A DNA stretch of 64,000 nucleotides from assembly GCA_951406725.2 (NCBI GenBank), contig OX597820.1, positions 22,878,001 to 22,942,000 on the forward strand, read 5' to 3'. This document shows positions 39,551-53,039 of the stretch, in pieces. The notes beneath the pieces are model-generated. The model did not search any database and had not been told where the DNA came from. It was given only the letters and a program-made list of their open reading frames with translations. Every line of letters begins with the position of its first letter. Within the stretch, counting starts at the first letter, position 1. This DNA comes from Octopus vulgaris (Eukaryota). The translations under genes and the position numbers were made by a program.

Positions 39551-41864
39551 TATTTACCAACATTGTTGTAGCAGTAACAGAAGAATTTACCAGAACAATG
39601 GAGTAATGGTTAGAGTGTGTTTGTGAATGGTGGATTCTAATAGCAAATGACTGATATGCAAGACACTCATTCATGGGGGGATTAGCTTTCACTTGTAAAG
39701 TGCACAAACTACCTTGAACTAAACTATTACATTATAAATACATAAGTTCAAGAAAGTGTAAGGAACAGCCAACAATTCCTGTTTCTGAATCGAGAAAATT
39801 ATTACGAGTTGAAAGATGTTTGAGGTGATAAAGATAGTTATCGTAGGGAATGCTGCCAAAGAAACAAACTGACTTCTTTTATAAGTGCTTTTATAAGCGA
39901 AAGTCTAACCAGGTAAGAATTATCAAAACGTATTTCCATGGCCTACATTTCAATAATATACAGTGTTCCCGAGGATATTTTAGCAAAGACTCTCTTCACT
40001 AATTACCTATTATCTTCAGATTCACACATAATTAAACAATATCTCTTTTCATGATCAAACTGCCAAGCTATAAACTGATAAAAGAGTGTTCAATACCCAA
40101 AAATGCAATTTATCATGTAAATATTTTCTAAAAATTACTTTTCCACTATTATTTTGATTAAAAAATATAAAAAGCACCCCCCCCCAAAAAAAAACCCCAA
40201 AACAAAAATGATGAATAATGATTCTGTTTCATTATGAACTCAAAACCAATAGAGAAAGAGTATGTGAAGCCATGGAAACAATAGATAAAAATGCATTTTT
40301 ATTTTTATTTATATATATATATATACTGATTAAAGAAATCATTTTTATAGTAAACCAAGCTATCTTGTAAATTTTTTCATTACACAAATTAAATTATGTT
40401 AAAAATATAATCCAACGATAAGGACAATTCATCTTTATGAGAAAATACCTCCTGTTTATATATATATATACACATATATATATACGCGCGCGTGAGCATG
40501 TGTGTACACATTGTACGTTCACTTAAAAGAGTATCGTACAAAAAAGCTCTGACATGATAAGAAAGGAAATTAAATGCACTGACCAATATACTCTTGACTT
40601 CAGTAGTTAGCCTGAGGGAAAATTTTTCAGAACATTCCTAGCAAGGCTAGAATAAACATCTGGCAGCATCATAGCATGAAATTGGCAAATTAAAAGTCAA
40701 ATATCACAGGACTACCCTTTCATTTCCTAGATCAACAAGTAATCAATACATTTTAACTAGTCAAGCATAACTAGAGACAAGCTTACAGGATGTGTGATCC
40801 AATCTCATGAAATAGATTTTAAAATGTCAGCAATGATTGCTTAAGTTAGTTTGTATTATCTTAATGGGTTTTAAATGGACTAGTTTTTATACATGCACAG
40901 AAAAGCAAAAAGAAAAGAAAGAAAAAAAGAAAAATAAATATTTAAGGAATTTCCACACTGTTTCTTCAAGAGATTGCCTATAATGGGAATATTTAATGTT
41001 ATATTGGTAGATCTATTGATAATCTAAAACAAATCAAAATATCTATATTCTTTAATAAGTACAAGAGACTAAAATCTCTTCCATGAGTGATCAGAAAATT
41101 CATCATTTAAAACATGCAAACACACACACATACATTTTCTAGTTTTATTAGTTTTATATAAATTTTAGTTTTTTTTTAACCTTTCTATTCCATCATCATT
41201 ATTTTTACAAAGCCTTTTCTCTGCCAGCATGTGTTGGATGGGGCATTGTAGATTGAGTCAACTCTTAGACAGACAAGTCTGTCTTGTTCATCTGTTCCAT
41301 TTTTGATATGTGTTTTTATAGCTGAATGCCCTTCCTATTGCCAACCCCTTTACAGAATGTACAGGATGCATTTTATCAAGACACCAGTACTCCAGAGATT
41401 GTCTTCTCCTCAACAAAAGAAAAGAGTCCTCTCTTACCCAATATGATTTCCATTTGCTCGTTTGCCAACACCAGAAGGTTGTCTTGTTCTCAGCAAATAG
41501 AAGTGACTTTGATGTTAGACGACCAATGCAAGAATGTGATAGAAGAGAGAGTAATAGAAAAGAATCAAAGAGAGAAGTTTGAAAAGGTAACAGAGATGAG
41601 TAGAGGAAGAGAGTGGTGAACAGCTAGATGATAATTGTTGGTAAGGATATTCAATATAAATAGCATGAGGAGAGGAGAGAGAGAGGGCAGGGTAATTGAA
41701 GAGAAGGTACTGTGAGAGAGAGAAGTGCTGGAAACAGAAAGAGAGAGGGAGCTGGAAAAGACAGTAAGCATTATAGATGTCAATAATGAGTGATAGAGGA
41801 GAGAGTAATCATCAGTTACTTTGGTGTAACCACCAGTTACTCTGGTTATCCTAGCATACACCAG

Positions 41865-42072
41865 AGCTGCATCTTGTCTAGGCTAATTCTTTTTCTAATC
41901 AATTGTACTATAACTCTTTCAGTAACTTTGATAACCTAGTTCATCAATTTAATGCTTCTCTAGCTACCACTCTCTAAAGCATCTCCTTTGCTCTTGTAGA
42001 AGTGGATGGTGATATTATTACGCCAGTAATTGGTGATAACACCTTTCTCGGCTACCTGACTGACTATGAGTG
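41865..42072 (-). pseudogene. RTE LINE reverse transcriptase fragment
   Basis: Translation LIVSQVAEKGVITNYWRNNITIHFYKSKGDALES..RSIKLMN*VIKVTERVIVQLIRKRISLDKMQ matches the YKGKGD..NYRGIKLL motif. Confidence 0.75.
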
Positions 42073-42429
42073 ATGGATGTTGAGTGATGGATAGCAATAA
42101 AAAATTTGAGATAAGAGTGGAGGTGACGGATGGAGGTGCCGGATGTCAATAATGAGTGGATAAGGGTTGGAGAAATAGGACAGAGAAAGAGTAGTTGATG
42201 GCTATTGATAATGAGGGGATGGTGGTAGGTGGGAGACTGAATCGAGACAGATCCAATTAATGACATCCCTTGTTACATAGGCAGTGCAATGCGGGTAGGG
42301 GTGACAGTAGGAAGATATATTAATGAGAAGGTGGGAGAACAATAGATATGAGAGTCTCAAAAACACAAAGAAACAATATATGAAGAATTGATACGAGCAT
42401 AATAGTCAGGAGAGATCTAATTGTAGATA

Positions 42430-44060
42430 TTAAGGCATCTCATTTTCCATCTCTGACATCAACCTCTTTTATTTCCGGTCTTCTGTACTTGTATGTATTG
42501 AGTGAGTCCCCTTTATTACAATGATTCATGGGCTCCTTTCCCTCCTCTCCTTCCCAAGATTCAGCCTTCTAAAATGAGTCTTCCAGAATTTATCCCATAG
42601 CCTTCTTCTTCCATAGGTTCCATCCATAAAGAGCACTTGGCATATCATTAAACAAGCGGCATTCTCCATACATGACCATACCCACATAGTTGTCTCTCCT
42701 TCACACTCCATCCAGTTACTCCATGTCAAGTCTTTTCTTTCACCTCATTTGTACTCCACCGTTATGTATACTGACAACACTATGTATCCAGCAGAGTATG
42801 GTCACCACATTTCTTTTCAATCTTCTCAAATCCTCTGCATTCAAGGTCCATTTTTCAGTCACACATCATACATAAATAGCATACAATAAGAAAGAGAAAT
42901 CTTTTGCTGCAAAGTAGAGGTAGCAGCTCCCTGAACTTTTTCCACCACACTAACTCTGGCAACTGAGCTTTTGGAACAGTTGCCTCCACTTCAAATTTGG
43001 TCATCTACGTAACAAAATCTATCAACTACACCAGGGATCCTTCTGAACACTTGAAGGAATTCATTTCATATGAATTCTTAGTGCTAACTACTTCCGTGCA
43101 CCTGCCACATACGAAGCCAACCTACCTTCCTTATCAGACTGCCTGTGGTCTCACAACACTTCTAATGTATCCATAGATTAAAAGTGGATATAGTGTATTG
43201 AATTCCTACTTATTCTGTCTCTGCATATCAAGCATGGCCATTTCTAATGACAGTAGGGTCCTATCATCTTTGCTAGATTTACTGTGAAGCATCCATTTTA
43301 AGTAATGTTTCCAAGCCTGGAATTTCTTCATTAATTCTTTGAACAATTCAGCTATGACAACTAGGTAGAGAGGTGTTTCTAAGGACAACCATTCTGAAAC
43401 ATCTATTGTGGCTCAAAGGACAACAATAAACAAAGGCAGAACAGAAAAAGAACTAAGCCCTGATTAACGCCAACCTGAAAACTAAATTCTTCATGGAACT
43501 CATTGTTAATCCTCTCTCACCTTAACAATACCACCTTTGTACATGGCTTGCAAGAAAGACTTACACACCACTCACCTTATACATGTTACCTTAGTAACTG
43601 CCAGTCTTGTGAGCATGAAGCACTGTCAAAGGACTTCTCCAGGACCACAAAAGCTAAATAGAATGGCTTATTCCAGCCAAGTACGTCTACAGTTGTTGTT
43701 TCACTAAGAACATGGAATTAGTGGCACTTGTCTAGGCATTAACCTGAAATGAGTCTTGTCTAGGTTAATTTTTTTTCCAAATCAGTTGTGCTATAACTTT
43801 TTTTAGTAACTTTTATAACTTCATCCATCAGTTTGATGCAACCTGTCTCGTTCTAAAGCATCTCTTTTGCTCTGGTATAACTCGATGCCAGTATTACACC
43901 AATAACTGGATATGACACATTCCTGTACTACCTGACTGACTACAAGTGGCTAGCATACTATCTGCTTCAAATATTTTAAGTGTCTCAGTGATTATACCAA
44001 CCCCAATGACCCAGTACCTTCCCTTTCTTCATATCCTTAATTGTGCCTTTGATCAATTGG
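42430..44060 (-). mobile_element. Decayed 5'-truncated RTE-clade LINE
   Basis: RT motifs NKPFYLAFVVLEKSFDS (~43625-43675) and QVGVNQG (~43460-43480). The C-terminal ...GTYGRRRLWDK resembles the RTE tail GRGRPRKTW. Confidence 0.8.
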
Positions 44061-45450
44061 CTGTCAATTTCAATGGTTGATCCGTCAAAGTTACATGATT
44101 ATATTTTTCCATTTATGAAAATTATCACTGAATTCTGACTCTTAGAAATATACAATAAAAATATACATTTTTAAAAGGTTACTGACTAACAATTAATAAA
44201 ACTGTTTTTAAATGATTCATTACTTGTTTTATTCTAATAGTTTTTTTTTTCCTCTTCTTCCATAAACTGAAACTAGTGATTGGAACATTAAGAACCATTC
44301 TCCATTTCTCCCTCCTCAACATTTTTTCTTTTTTTTTTCTCTCTTTTTTTTTTTTTATTTGACATTAAACTAACTAATGCAGCATTCAGCAACATTTTGG
44401 TAAGGATATTCAATTCAAAGAAAGTATGTGTGTCACAAGGACCATGTATCAAATATTTCAACTTGACAAATAGAGAGTAATCATCACCAAAATATAATTT
44501 TTAACAACTTCTTCCTTTCTTTTTTTTTTTTTTTTCTTTTACTGGTCTCAGGTTCCGGTTTGCCTTCATGGATGTAACCATTATTGCCATTCCAACACCG
44601 CTGTATAATCAACAGGCACTCATTTCACTGACCTCACAAGGTGGAAAAGCAACAGCAGTCTGAGGATTTGAGCCCAGAACGTAAAAAGGTATCACTATCA
44701 CAAGCCATTTTCTATGGTACTCTACAAATTCTACACTCTACCATTAATTCATTACAAATTTAATACGCTTAATCATCGGAGACATTTAAATAAGTGCTCT
44801 ATTCAAGGATATCACTTAATAATCCCAATATCCAAATGTTCTTAACTAACTTCATTGAGGCAAACCAGTTTAATTCAGCCCATTAGCGTGTGTGTGTGTG
44901 TGTGTGTGTGTACGTACATACGTACGTATGTGGTCATGTGTCACCCTGATCTCTAGACTTATAGATATTAAGGTTTGCACACTTGTTACCTTTTTAAAAA
45001 GTTATCTCTGTCACTACTGAGACAAGGGGGGAAAAAAATAATAAAAGCACATCCAGCCTATATTGCTTAATAAAAGAAAATATATGCCTACAAGTGGATC
45101 ATTTGGAGAGAATCCAATGAACGCTAATGTTCCAAATACCAATAACTCTTATAGATTTACTCCTCTACACAGACAGAAAGGAACAGCAGATTTAATGGAA
45201 AGCTGACTCCTGCAACTAAGTCCATCTGTACTGAGATGTATAAAAGAGAACCCAATAAAACTAGCAGCTATTTGATTTTATGTATCAGCCCTGAGCAAGG
45301 AAACCTCAGATGTGCTTTTGCAACAGGATGTAGAAAGAGTACTAAAAATTATAACTGTGCTTTGCTGTCCTCCACAAAAAAGAAAAACCCATTAGTGCAC
45401 TCACATGCAAATGCCCACATGCCAGTGTAAATGCATGTATATGTGCATAC

Positions 45451-45494
<44 letters not shown>

Positions 45495-47250
45495 ATGTAT
45501 ACTAGTGTAATCCTTTGCCTCGAGCCGAGTCCCTCTTTGTGAAGAGGTGACTTATTCATTTTTGATTAATAAAAACCATCAAGACTGAAATTAGTGCCGG
45601 GATCAACACGATGGATTAGTGAAGGCAGTGCCCCAACAGGGCTGCATTTTCTGCATGAAATGCAACAAAAGAATAAGGAAAAGAATATACACATATACAT
45701 ACATGCACACAAACATAAACCAGATACATATAAAGACATATAGCTCAACAGACACAGTTCATGGGTATTAAAAGGCAAGAGACTGTTTTAGGAGCTCATT
45801 TCCAAAATAGAACAGTATTCTTGTGCATTTAGCTTTGTTGATTTATTATTTATTAACTGTCATTAGTTTATTCCTCAGAGGAATATTTTGTACATAGCAT
45901 TCACACTCAGCAACACACAACTCACTGCTAAAATGACACCTTGGAGTTCTTTCCTTCTTTTCATTTTATATTAGTAATGATATGCAGTTGTTTATTTGGC
46001 AGAAAATTTTTTTTTTCCTTTAGAGAGGAGCACACTAGTTTGGCATTGGCAAATGCCTAATGAAACAGGGTTAATGGTCACAAGTCATTGCAATTCTCAT
46101 GTTCCTGAGAAAACCTCTAAGCAGTTGGGACCTGCAAAAGAATAGCTGCCAAATCCCCCTCAAATCACACACCCTATCTTTAAAAGGAAGGACATGGTAA
46201 ATGCATTATGCCTGAAGATGAAAAAAAAACAAAATGGGATGGTCATGGTAAGATTGCCATTGATTGTAAGTCTACTTAGTCGGAGCTGACTTGGCTTTTT
46301 TTGACATTATACCTACACTTGTTCTCTAAATATATTAAGAAAGTGAATTTGCTTTTCAACAAGTTGATGTTGCAGAACAGTTTAGCCATCAACATATCAA
46401 CATTTTGATTTTCAGCAGAACTATAACAATATCAACTGGTGCCCATCTTTACAAATTCAAACCCATAGTCTTTATCTTAAAACAGTTAAGAAGTTGTCTA
46501 AACTAATGAAATCCTGCATGCCGCATATGACTGATTAAAGAAATGATTTACAAATAACCATGAGTAATACTTTAAATAAATATCTCATTCAGGAGAAGGA
46601 GGTGATAGAATTAGAAAATGAAAGTGAATACTTTTCAAGAGAAAAATAGCTTTCAGAACAATGGAATATAACCACATTTTCAACTGGATTTCTGATCTAT
46701 ATAATAACTATTTCAGCAACACGTCTGAATGATAATGAAAAATGAAAAGCTAAAAACTACCCAATCCATAAATTTTATATGACTACATCAGCTCAGACCA
46801 TATCCAACTATAAGCATACATAGAGATTATCGCATCAAATTTAACATGAAACCATTTTTGGAATATTTTTTTTAACAAAATATACCAGATTACAAAGGAA
46901 AAAAAAGTTAGGAGAATTTTTTTTCTGTTTCTCAGCAGTTATTGTTTTAACTATAAGGAATAAATATTTCAATAGATAACTAATTTTGCTTAATGCATAC
47001 AAATTATAACAGAAAAAGGAGAAAAAAGTTGCTGTTTTTTTCCCTAATTATTAGTAAATGTTTTAGCTATGAGGACTAAATATTTCATTAGCAAACTAAT
47101 TTTCTTAATGAGTAAAATACTATTGTGATGTTAATTATATACAAACTGGCAACTAGTAAAAAGTACCTCTAACTCAGAAAATTGCTTTATTATTCTTTCA
47201 AAACATTAAAAATATTAGTTTGTTTTTTTTTGTCCATGTTAAAAACTTAC

Positions 47251-47358
47251 CTGAACAAAATACTTGAGATGCTTTATATCATTATTCTTCAATCTTGACA
47301 CAACATGATCAATCCCCCGCAAATTAACGTCTAAGTGTAGATTAAATCCGTTAGCCAT
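47251..47358 (-). CDS. Candidate alternative first coding exon of liprin-alpha: MANGFNLHLDVNLRGIDHVVSRLKNNDIKHLKYFVQ
   Basis: ATG at 47358, 36 stop-free codons ending at a perfect CAG|GTAAGT donor in phase 0, compatible with the exon at 21878. Non-repetitive, with 4 CpGs in about 110 bp. No homology recognised. Confidence 0.55.
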
Positions 47359-48589
47359 CGAGTCAGATGACAACAAATATATACATATACATATATATAT
47401 ATAAATATATATATATATTTATATTTATTTATATACAAACATAAAATATTAATGATCTCAAAAATATCTACTTTGACTTTCTTTAATGCCAAAAACTACA
47501 CTTTTTGGCATTCTCTCCTTTAAAAAAATACTTTATATTCAAACTTTCTGTGGTGTATTTGTTTGGTGGATGTATGTATGTGTAGGTATTATATATGTAT
47601 ATATAGATATATATGGGTATGTGTGTATATATGTATGTATGTATATATACTCATACAATGGTGGTATTATTTTCTTTACACTTGCTTTTTTTTTTTACTT
47701 AGACGAAGTAAAAATAAGACTAAAATAATATATATATAAAAAAAGGGGGAAAAAAGAAAGATAAAGTAAACCACACGACAAGAGAAACTAAACTGCAAGG
47801 TGATGGGGTAATGAATGAAAAGATAAATTTATATCCAGAGGTTGCAGAATAAAGAGGTAAATCCACTCCAATGGTAGATATCCATGGAAAAAAGAGGTAT
47901 CCATTAGTTTAATCCATGGTAGTAAATATGAAATGTTCATCAGCTTGGAAGTAACTTTACACAGCCTCATTGTAGCCAAATAGTAACACATGGCTACAAA
48001 CAATTGCATCCACTGCTGAAGAATGGTTATGGCTAATTACAGCTTAATGTTTGCAGACACTGGTGGGGGTAAAAGAAAAGGGGAACAAAAAAAAAATGAA
48101 AATGAATTGAATTGCTTCACAATTACAAAGCTTTCACCACTGATTAGACACAAGCTGCTGTTACTGTTGCTACCATCCCAAAGTATCCATCATATGTATG
48201 CATCAAAAACCAATATATTTTATCCTTAGTGATTCTGATAGGTTGACAACACTGTGGTTACCAAAAGATGAAGCATGCTGATTACGTTCACATCACTATC
48301 TGCAATAGAAGCTACTCCAGCTGATGAAACTGCCTCGGTAGTAGCAGTAGCAGTGGGGGTGATATTAGCAGCGGCAAGATCAGCAGCAGCAGCAGAAGCA
48401 GAGATGCTAATGGCCATTCCTCTAATTCTGCTATTAACTTGTAACAGTAGGTAAACTGCAATACAAGAGCAGCATTGGGGAAAGTTTTTATGTCTTGTCT
48501 TACTAGAAACTAATGCAAGTTATAAACTGTGAACTACACGACTAAACATCTATTTTTTATGTAGCAGAAGCAGAAAGGGAAAAACAAAA

Positions 48590-48636
48590 CATGCACACAC
48601 GCACATCCAAGTATTATTTTCCAAACACAGGAACAT

Positions 48637-48676
<40 letters not shown>

Positions 48677-48747
48677 CCAAATATTATTTTCCACACACAC
48701 ACGCACACACTGAAACACATATCCAGATATTATTTTCCAAACACAGG

Positions 48748-48798
<51 letters not shown>

Positions 48799-49085
48799 CC
48801 AAATATTATTTTCCACACACATGCGCACACACACACTGAAACACATATCCAAATATTATTTTCCATACACACACATCCAAGTATTATTTTCCAAAAGTAC
48901 ACGCACAGAGAAACACACATCTAAGTATTATTACACACACACACACACACACACACATATCCAAATATCATTTTCCACACACACGTGCACACTGAAACAT
49001 ATCCAGATATTATTTTCCATACACACACATCCAAGTATTATTTTCCAAAAGTACATGCACACAGAAACACACATCTAAGCATTAT

Positions 49086-49116
<31 letters not shown>

Positions 49117-49225
49117 TCCAAATATTATTTTCCACACACGTGCACACTGAAACACATATCCAGATATAATTTTCCAAAAGTACACACACAGAGAAACACA
49201 CATCTAAGTATTATTACACACACCA
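48590..49225. repeat. Compound minisatellite: units cacatcca(a/g)tattattttcc and gcacactgaaacacatatcc separated by (CA)n
   Basis: Seen directly; more than ten tattatt-containing units. Confidence 0.95.
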
Positions 49226-49726
49226 GTATTTTGTCATGAAATGAAACAAAAGAAGTAAAACATATCAAAACAGTCATTTTATAGGCTAACTATTGGTTTC
49301 CCATTTTGGCACAAGGCCAGCAATTTGCGACGGCGAGGAAGGTGATAAGAAAATTATATCAATCCCAGTTCTCAGCTGGTACTGACCCCAAAAGGAAGAA
49401 AGACAAAATTAACCTTGACAGAATTTGAACTCAAACCATAAAGACAGATGAAATAATAATAATAATAATAATGAAATTATTGTATACAGTGCTCAGGTGC
49501 ACCACAACTTGTCAAAAGTGCGTATAAAGTATGCCACTAAGCAAGAGGTAGCTTACATGTGAACATGAATATGGAAAAAATCAGAATTTACTATGTCGCA
49601 TAATTTAATTGAGATTTTATACTTTAATACTGCTTACAGAAAATATGTAGAAGAAATATCAAATATAAAAACTAATCATCACAACTGCATAGATTTTTCA
49701 GTCTTCACTCATCATTTTTTAATTAA

Positions 49727-49942
49727 CCTGTCCATTACCAAATTTCTGCAGATAAACACTGGGTTGTTTCAATTAATGTTGAAAATAGTGACGAATTTAG
49801 TAAAATAATCTTGTTGCTATTAAGCTAATTTGAAACGAATTAATATGAAATTTTAATGGAAGATTTCAATTCAGATCATTTAAAATATAAAGTTCATACC
49901 AGAGAGCCAGGTTCAGTCTCAGGCAGATTGGTATCAGAAGGT
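49727..49942 (+). mobile_element. M2 MITE flanked by TTAA
   Basis: ttaa|cctgtccattacc...tctcaggcagattggtatcagaagg..ttaa. Confidence 0.65.
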
Positions 49943-50076
49943 TTAAGTGAAAAATTTATAAGTCCTAAGGTTCTAAAATTGACTAGTTCTAGTCCTGTGA
50001 GCCAACTTTTATATAGATTTATACAATTATTCTGTGCATAAGTGTGTTTGTAGACAAAGACATATACACACACATT

Positions 50077-50480
50077 GGAGTGGCTGTGTGGTAAGTAGCT
50101 TGCTTACCAACCACATGGTTCCAGGTTCAGTCCCACTGCGTGGCACCTTGGGCAAGTGTCTTCTACTATAGCCTCGGGCCGACCAAAGCCTTGGGAGTGG
50201 ATTTGGTAGATGGAAACTGAAAGAAGCCAGTCGTATATCTATGTATATATATATATATGCGTGTGTATATGTTTGTATGTCTGTGTTTGTTCCCCCAGCA
50301 TCACTTGACAACCGATGCTGGTGTGTTTACATCCCCCTAACTTAGCGGTTCGGCAAAAGAGACTGATAGAATAAGTACCAGGCTTACAAAGAATAAGTCC
50401 TGGGGTTGATTTGATCGACTAAAGATGGTGCTCCTGCATGGCCACAGTCACATGGCTGAAACAAGTAAAAGAGTAAAAGA
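50077..50480 (+). mobile_element. Best-preserved full-length family A tRNA-derived SINE, followed by a second 3' half at ~50535-50790
   Basis: A box tggctgtgtggta, B box ggttcagtccc, CORE-like ccttgggcaagtgtctt, tail gtaaaagagtaaaaga. Confidence 0.92.
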
Positions 50481-51476
50481 ATATTTTGAAATAAACATGC
50501 AAAACTAGTTCTTTGGCAATGTGAGTATGAATTAGTAAAAGCTTTGCAAATGGATTTGGTAGACAGAAACTGAAAGAAGCCCATCATAGGTGTGTAACCA
50601 CCACTTGACAACTGGGGTTGGTGTGTTTACATCCCCGTAACTTAGCAGTTTGTCAAAAGAGACAGCTAGAATAAGTATTAGGTTTTTAAAAAAAATAAGT
50701 ACTGGGGTCGATTCATTGGACTAAAAATTCAAGGTGATGCCCCAGCATAGCTGCAGTCTAATGACTGAAACAAGTAAAAGAAAAAAGACAAGATATATGA
50801 AATGCCTCAACCAAACTTATTTTTCGATAGGTCCCTACAGCAGATTTCTAGCATCGTTGCTTAATCCTTGCAGAACATCATATCCAGAGTAACGGCAGGA
50901 TGGCAACAACTAGAATGGACACAAACTACTATACTAGATATCTCAAATGGGGCGCTGAGCCGGTGTGTCTCTCCCGAGTGTTTAAATGGCCACCTCTGTA
51001 CCAGGTGTCTTCCTGAAGCAACAGCAATAAACAGATTTTGTAATATTGAAACTAATGAGATAATTTCACAGGATCCAAGTATTCAAGCAAATAACAGATA
51101 AGATATCATGAGAGATTTGCTATTGCAAGCATTCAACCATGCAGGTTACACACAGGAACTAAAAGACAAAAGGTACGTCAATTTTTTCTTTTCTTTTTTT
51201 TTTTTTTTGTGTGTGTGTAGTGAATCAAAAACACCACCTCTGTCCACCTGCCAAAGATGAAAGAAGGTCTCATTTTAAACGTGGGACAAGAGATAATGTT
51301 CCCTTTGTCCCTGATGGATCCAAATGTACATCAGCCTAATGCTAATCTACCTGAAATGACAGGGAGAGTTCACTTAGAGTTTGGATTGTTGATGAATCCA
51401 AAGAGACAGGATTATGAAACCAAGTTCTCACAAAACTTACTGAATCATTTTTCGGCCCTTTCTATTGCTATATGCA

Positions 51477-51770
51477 AAGGCACATGGCTTAGTGGCTAAA
51501 GTATATGGTTCATGCTCATAAGGTCACAAGTTCAATTCCTGGCAGTACCTTGTGTCATTGAGAAAGACACTTTATTTCACATTGTTCCAGTTCACTCAAA
51601 TGGCAAAAATGAATAGTTCTTACATTTCAAAGGGCCAGCTTGTCACACCCTGTATAATACTGAATCTCTCTGTGGAGTGGTCAGCCACTGGCACAGTAAT
51701 TTCATGAGCAGACTGTTCTGATGATTGGATCAGCCGGAACCCTCATTGCCATAACCAATGAAGTGCCAGT
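51477..51770 (+). mobile_element. Family D SINE
   Basis: Homologous to 6704-7015. Confidence 0.8.
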
Positions 51771-53039
51771 TCCTACAGCTGTTAAAACAACCATTTACCT
51801 TTTATGAACTCTAATTTCATCTCCCTCTTGATATACAGACTTCCCCTCCCCTCATTGTGTCTACTGGTACTTATAAATCCCAGCAGATTCAAGGGCCAAA
51901 AAGACCTTAAGAAAATTCAAATATAGAAACATATGGCAATGAACAAGATAAAAGGTATTTGTAATCACAGTGGGATTTAAACTACAAACAAGGGAGTATA
52001 AGGTACCTAAACCCCACCCCTTACTGTCGGGAACATTTCCATCAACCTTTACTTAACATCATGTTACACTCTTGTTACTAGAATTATGCATGTTCTCAGT
52101 GATTTAATCTCAAAACCTCTCATACATCTGGCAGGTAATGCACCCAAGACAAATACTTTTCAAAAGTGCTTTTATAAGAGTGAGATTAAACACAAAGTTG
52201 GATACTAATAAAGCTAACAGAAATTTCAGATACATTATCACCCAATGTACATTTGAGATACAGTTATTTATGTTTATGCAGATATCAGTTGAGAAGAAGG
52301 AGTCAAAATGGGATCTATTCTGAAAATCTGCCATCTGTATGATGTATCACAGCCAAATATCAATCTACAAAATTTTCTACTATAACAGAATTAAGTACAA
52401 GTAGGAATGTTGGTGGGGCATTCCCTATCTTTTGTTATAGAAATGGTAAAATATATATTAACCCATTTACCCCGGTAACAACCAAAAAAATAACAAAGAA
52501 ACACAAAAACTTTTCTCTACCTACACAGTCAAAAGCTACACACTACTAGTGGCCATCAGGACATATGTGAAAGAAATTCTGTTTCTATGTACATGTCTGC
52601 GTGCGATCATAATTTTATAGCATCTTTCTTTCGCTCTCTCTCATATATATATATCCTGTAAGTTGCTCAACATGTAATGTGATATAACAAAGAGAATTGG
52701 ACTCTTGTTTCCAAATAAAGATAATGACTTAAATCACAACTTCAGTCTGACTCAACAATGATTGACCCACTAAAGATAATGTGGAGCCTAGGATTGCAGG
52801 AGCCAAATAACTCAAGTCTTTGAGTTGAAATCCCAATTCGAAAACAGATGGTATCATCTGCTTTCTAATGAAGATCTTCAATCATATTTACAGTTATTCT
52901 AATGCTCTAAAGCACTGCGACCTCAGTGTAAATCTTTTAACATCAGGTTATTTTGGAGAGAGTTCAGATGTGATTAGGAGCAGGAAAAAAAATTCAACAC
53001 ATATAATATTTAATTGGAACAATACAATTGTGAACAGGA

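Noticed and set aside
48226-48417. Ala/Thr-rich 63-aa ORF
   Set aside because: Looks like a decayed (GCT/ACT)n repeat; no convincing splice donor or homology.
48590-49225. CRISPR-like repeat-spacer appearance
   Set aside because: Spacers are (CA)n of variable length, the repeats are degenerate, the context is eukaryotic and there are no cas genes.
50077-50145. tRNA genes (also at 6704, 36852, 51477)
   Set aside because: A and B boxes are present but no complete cloverleaf is evident, and they run into SINE bodies.
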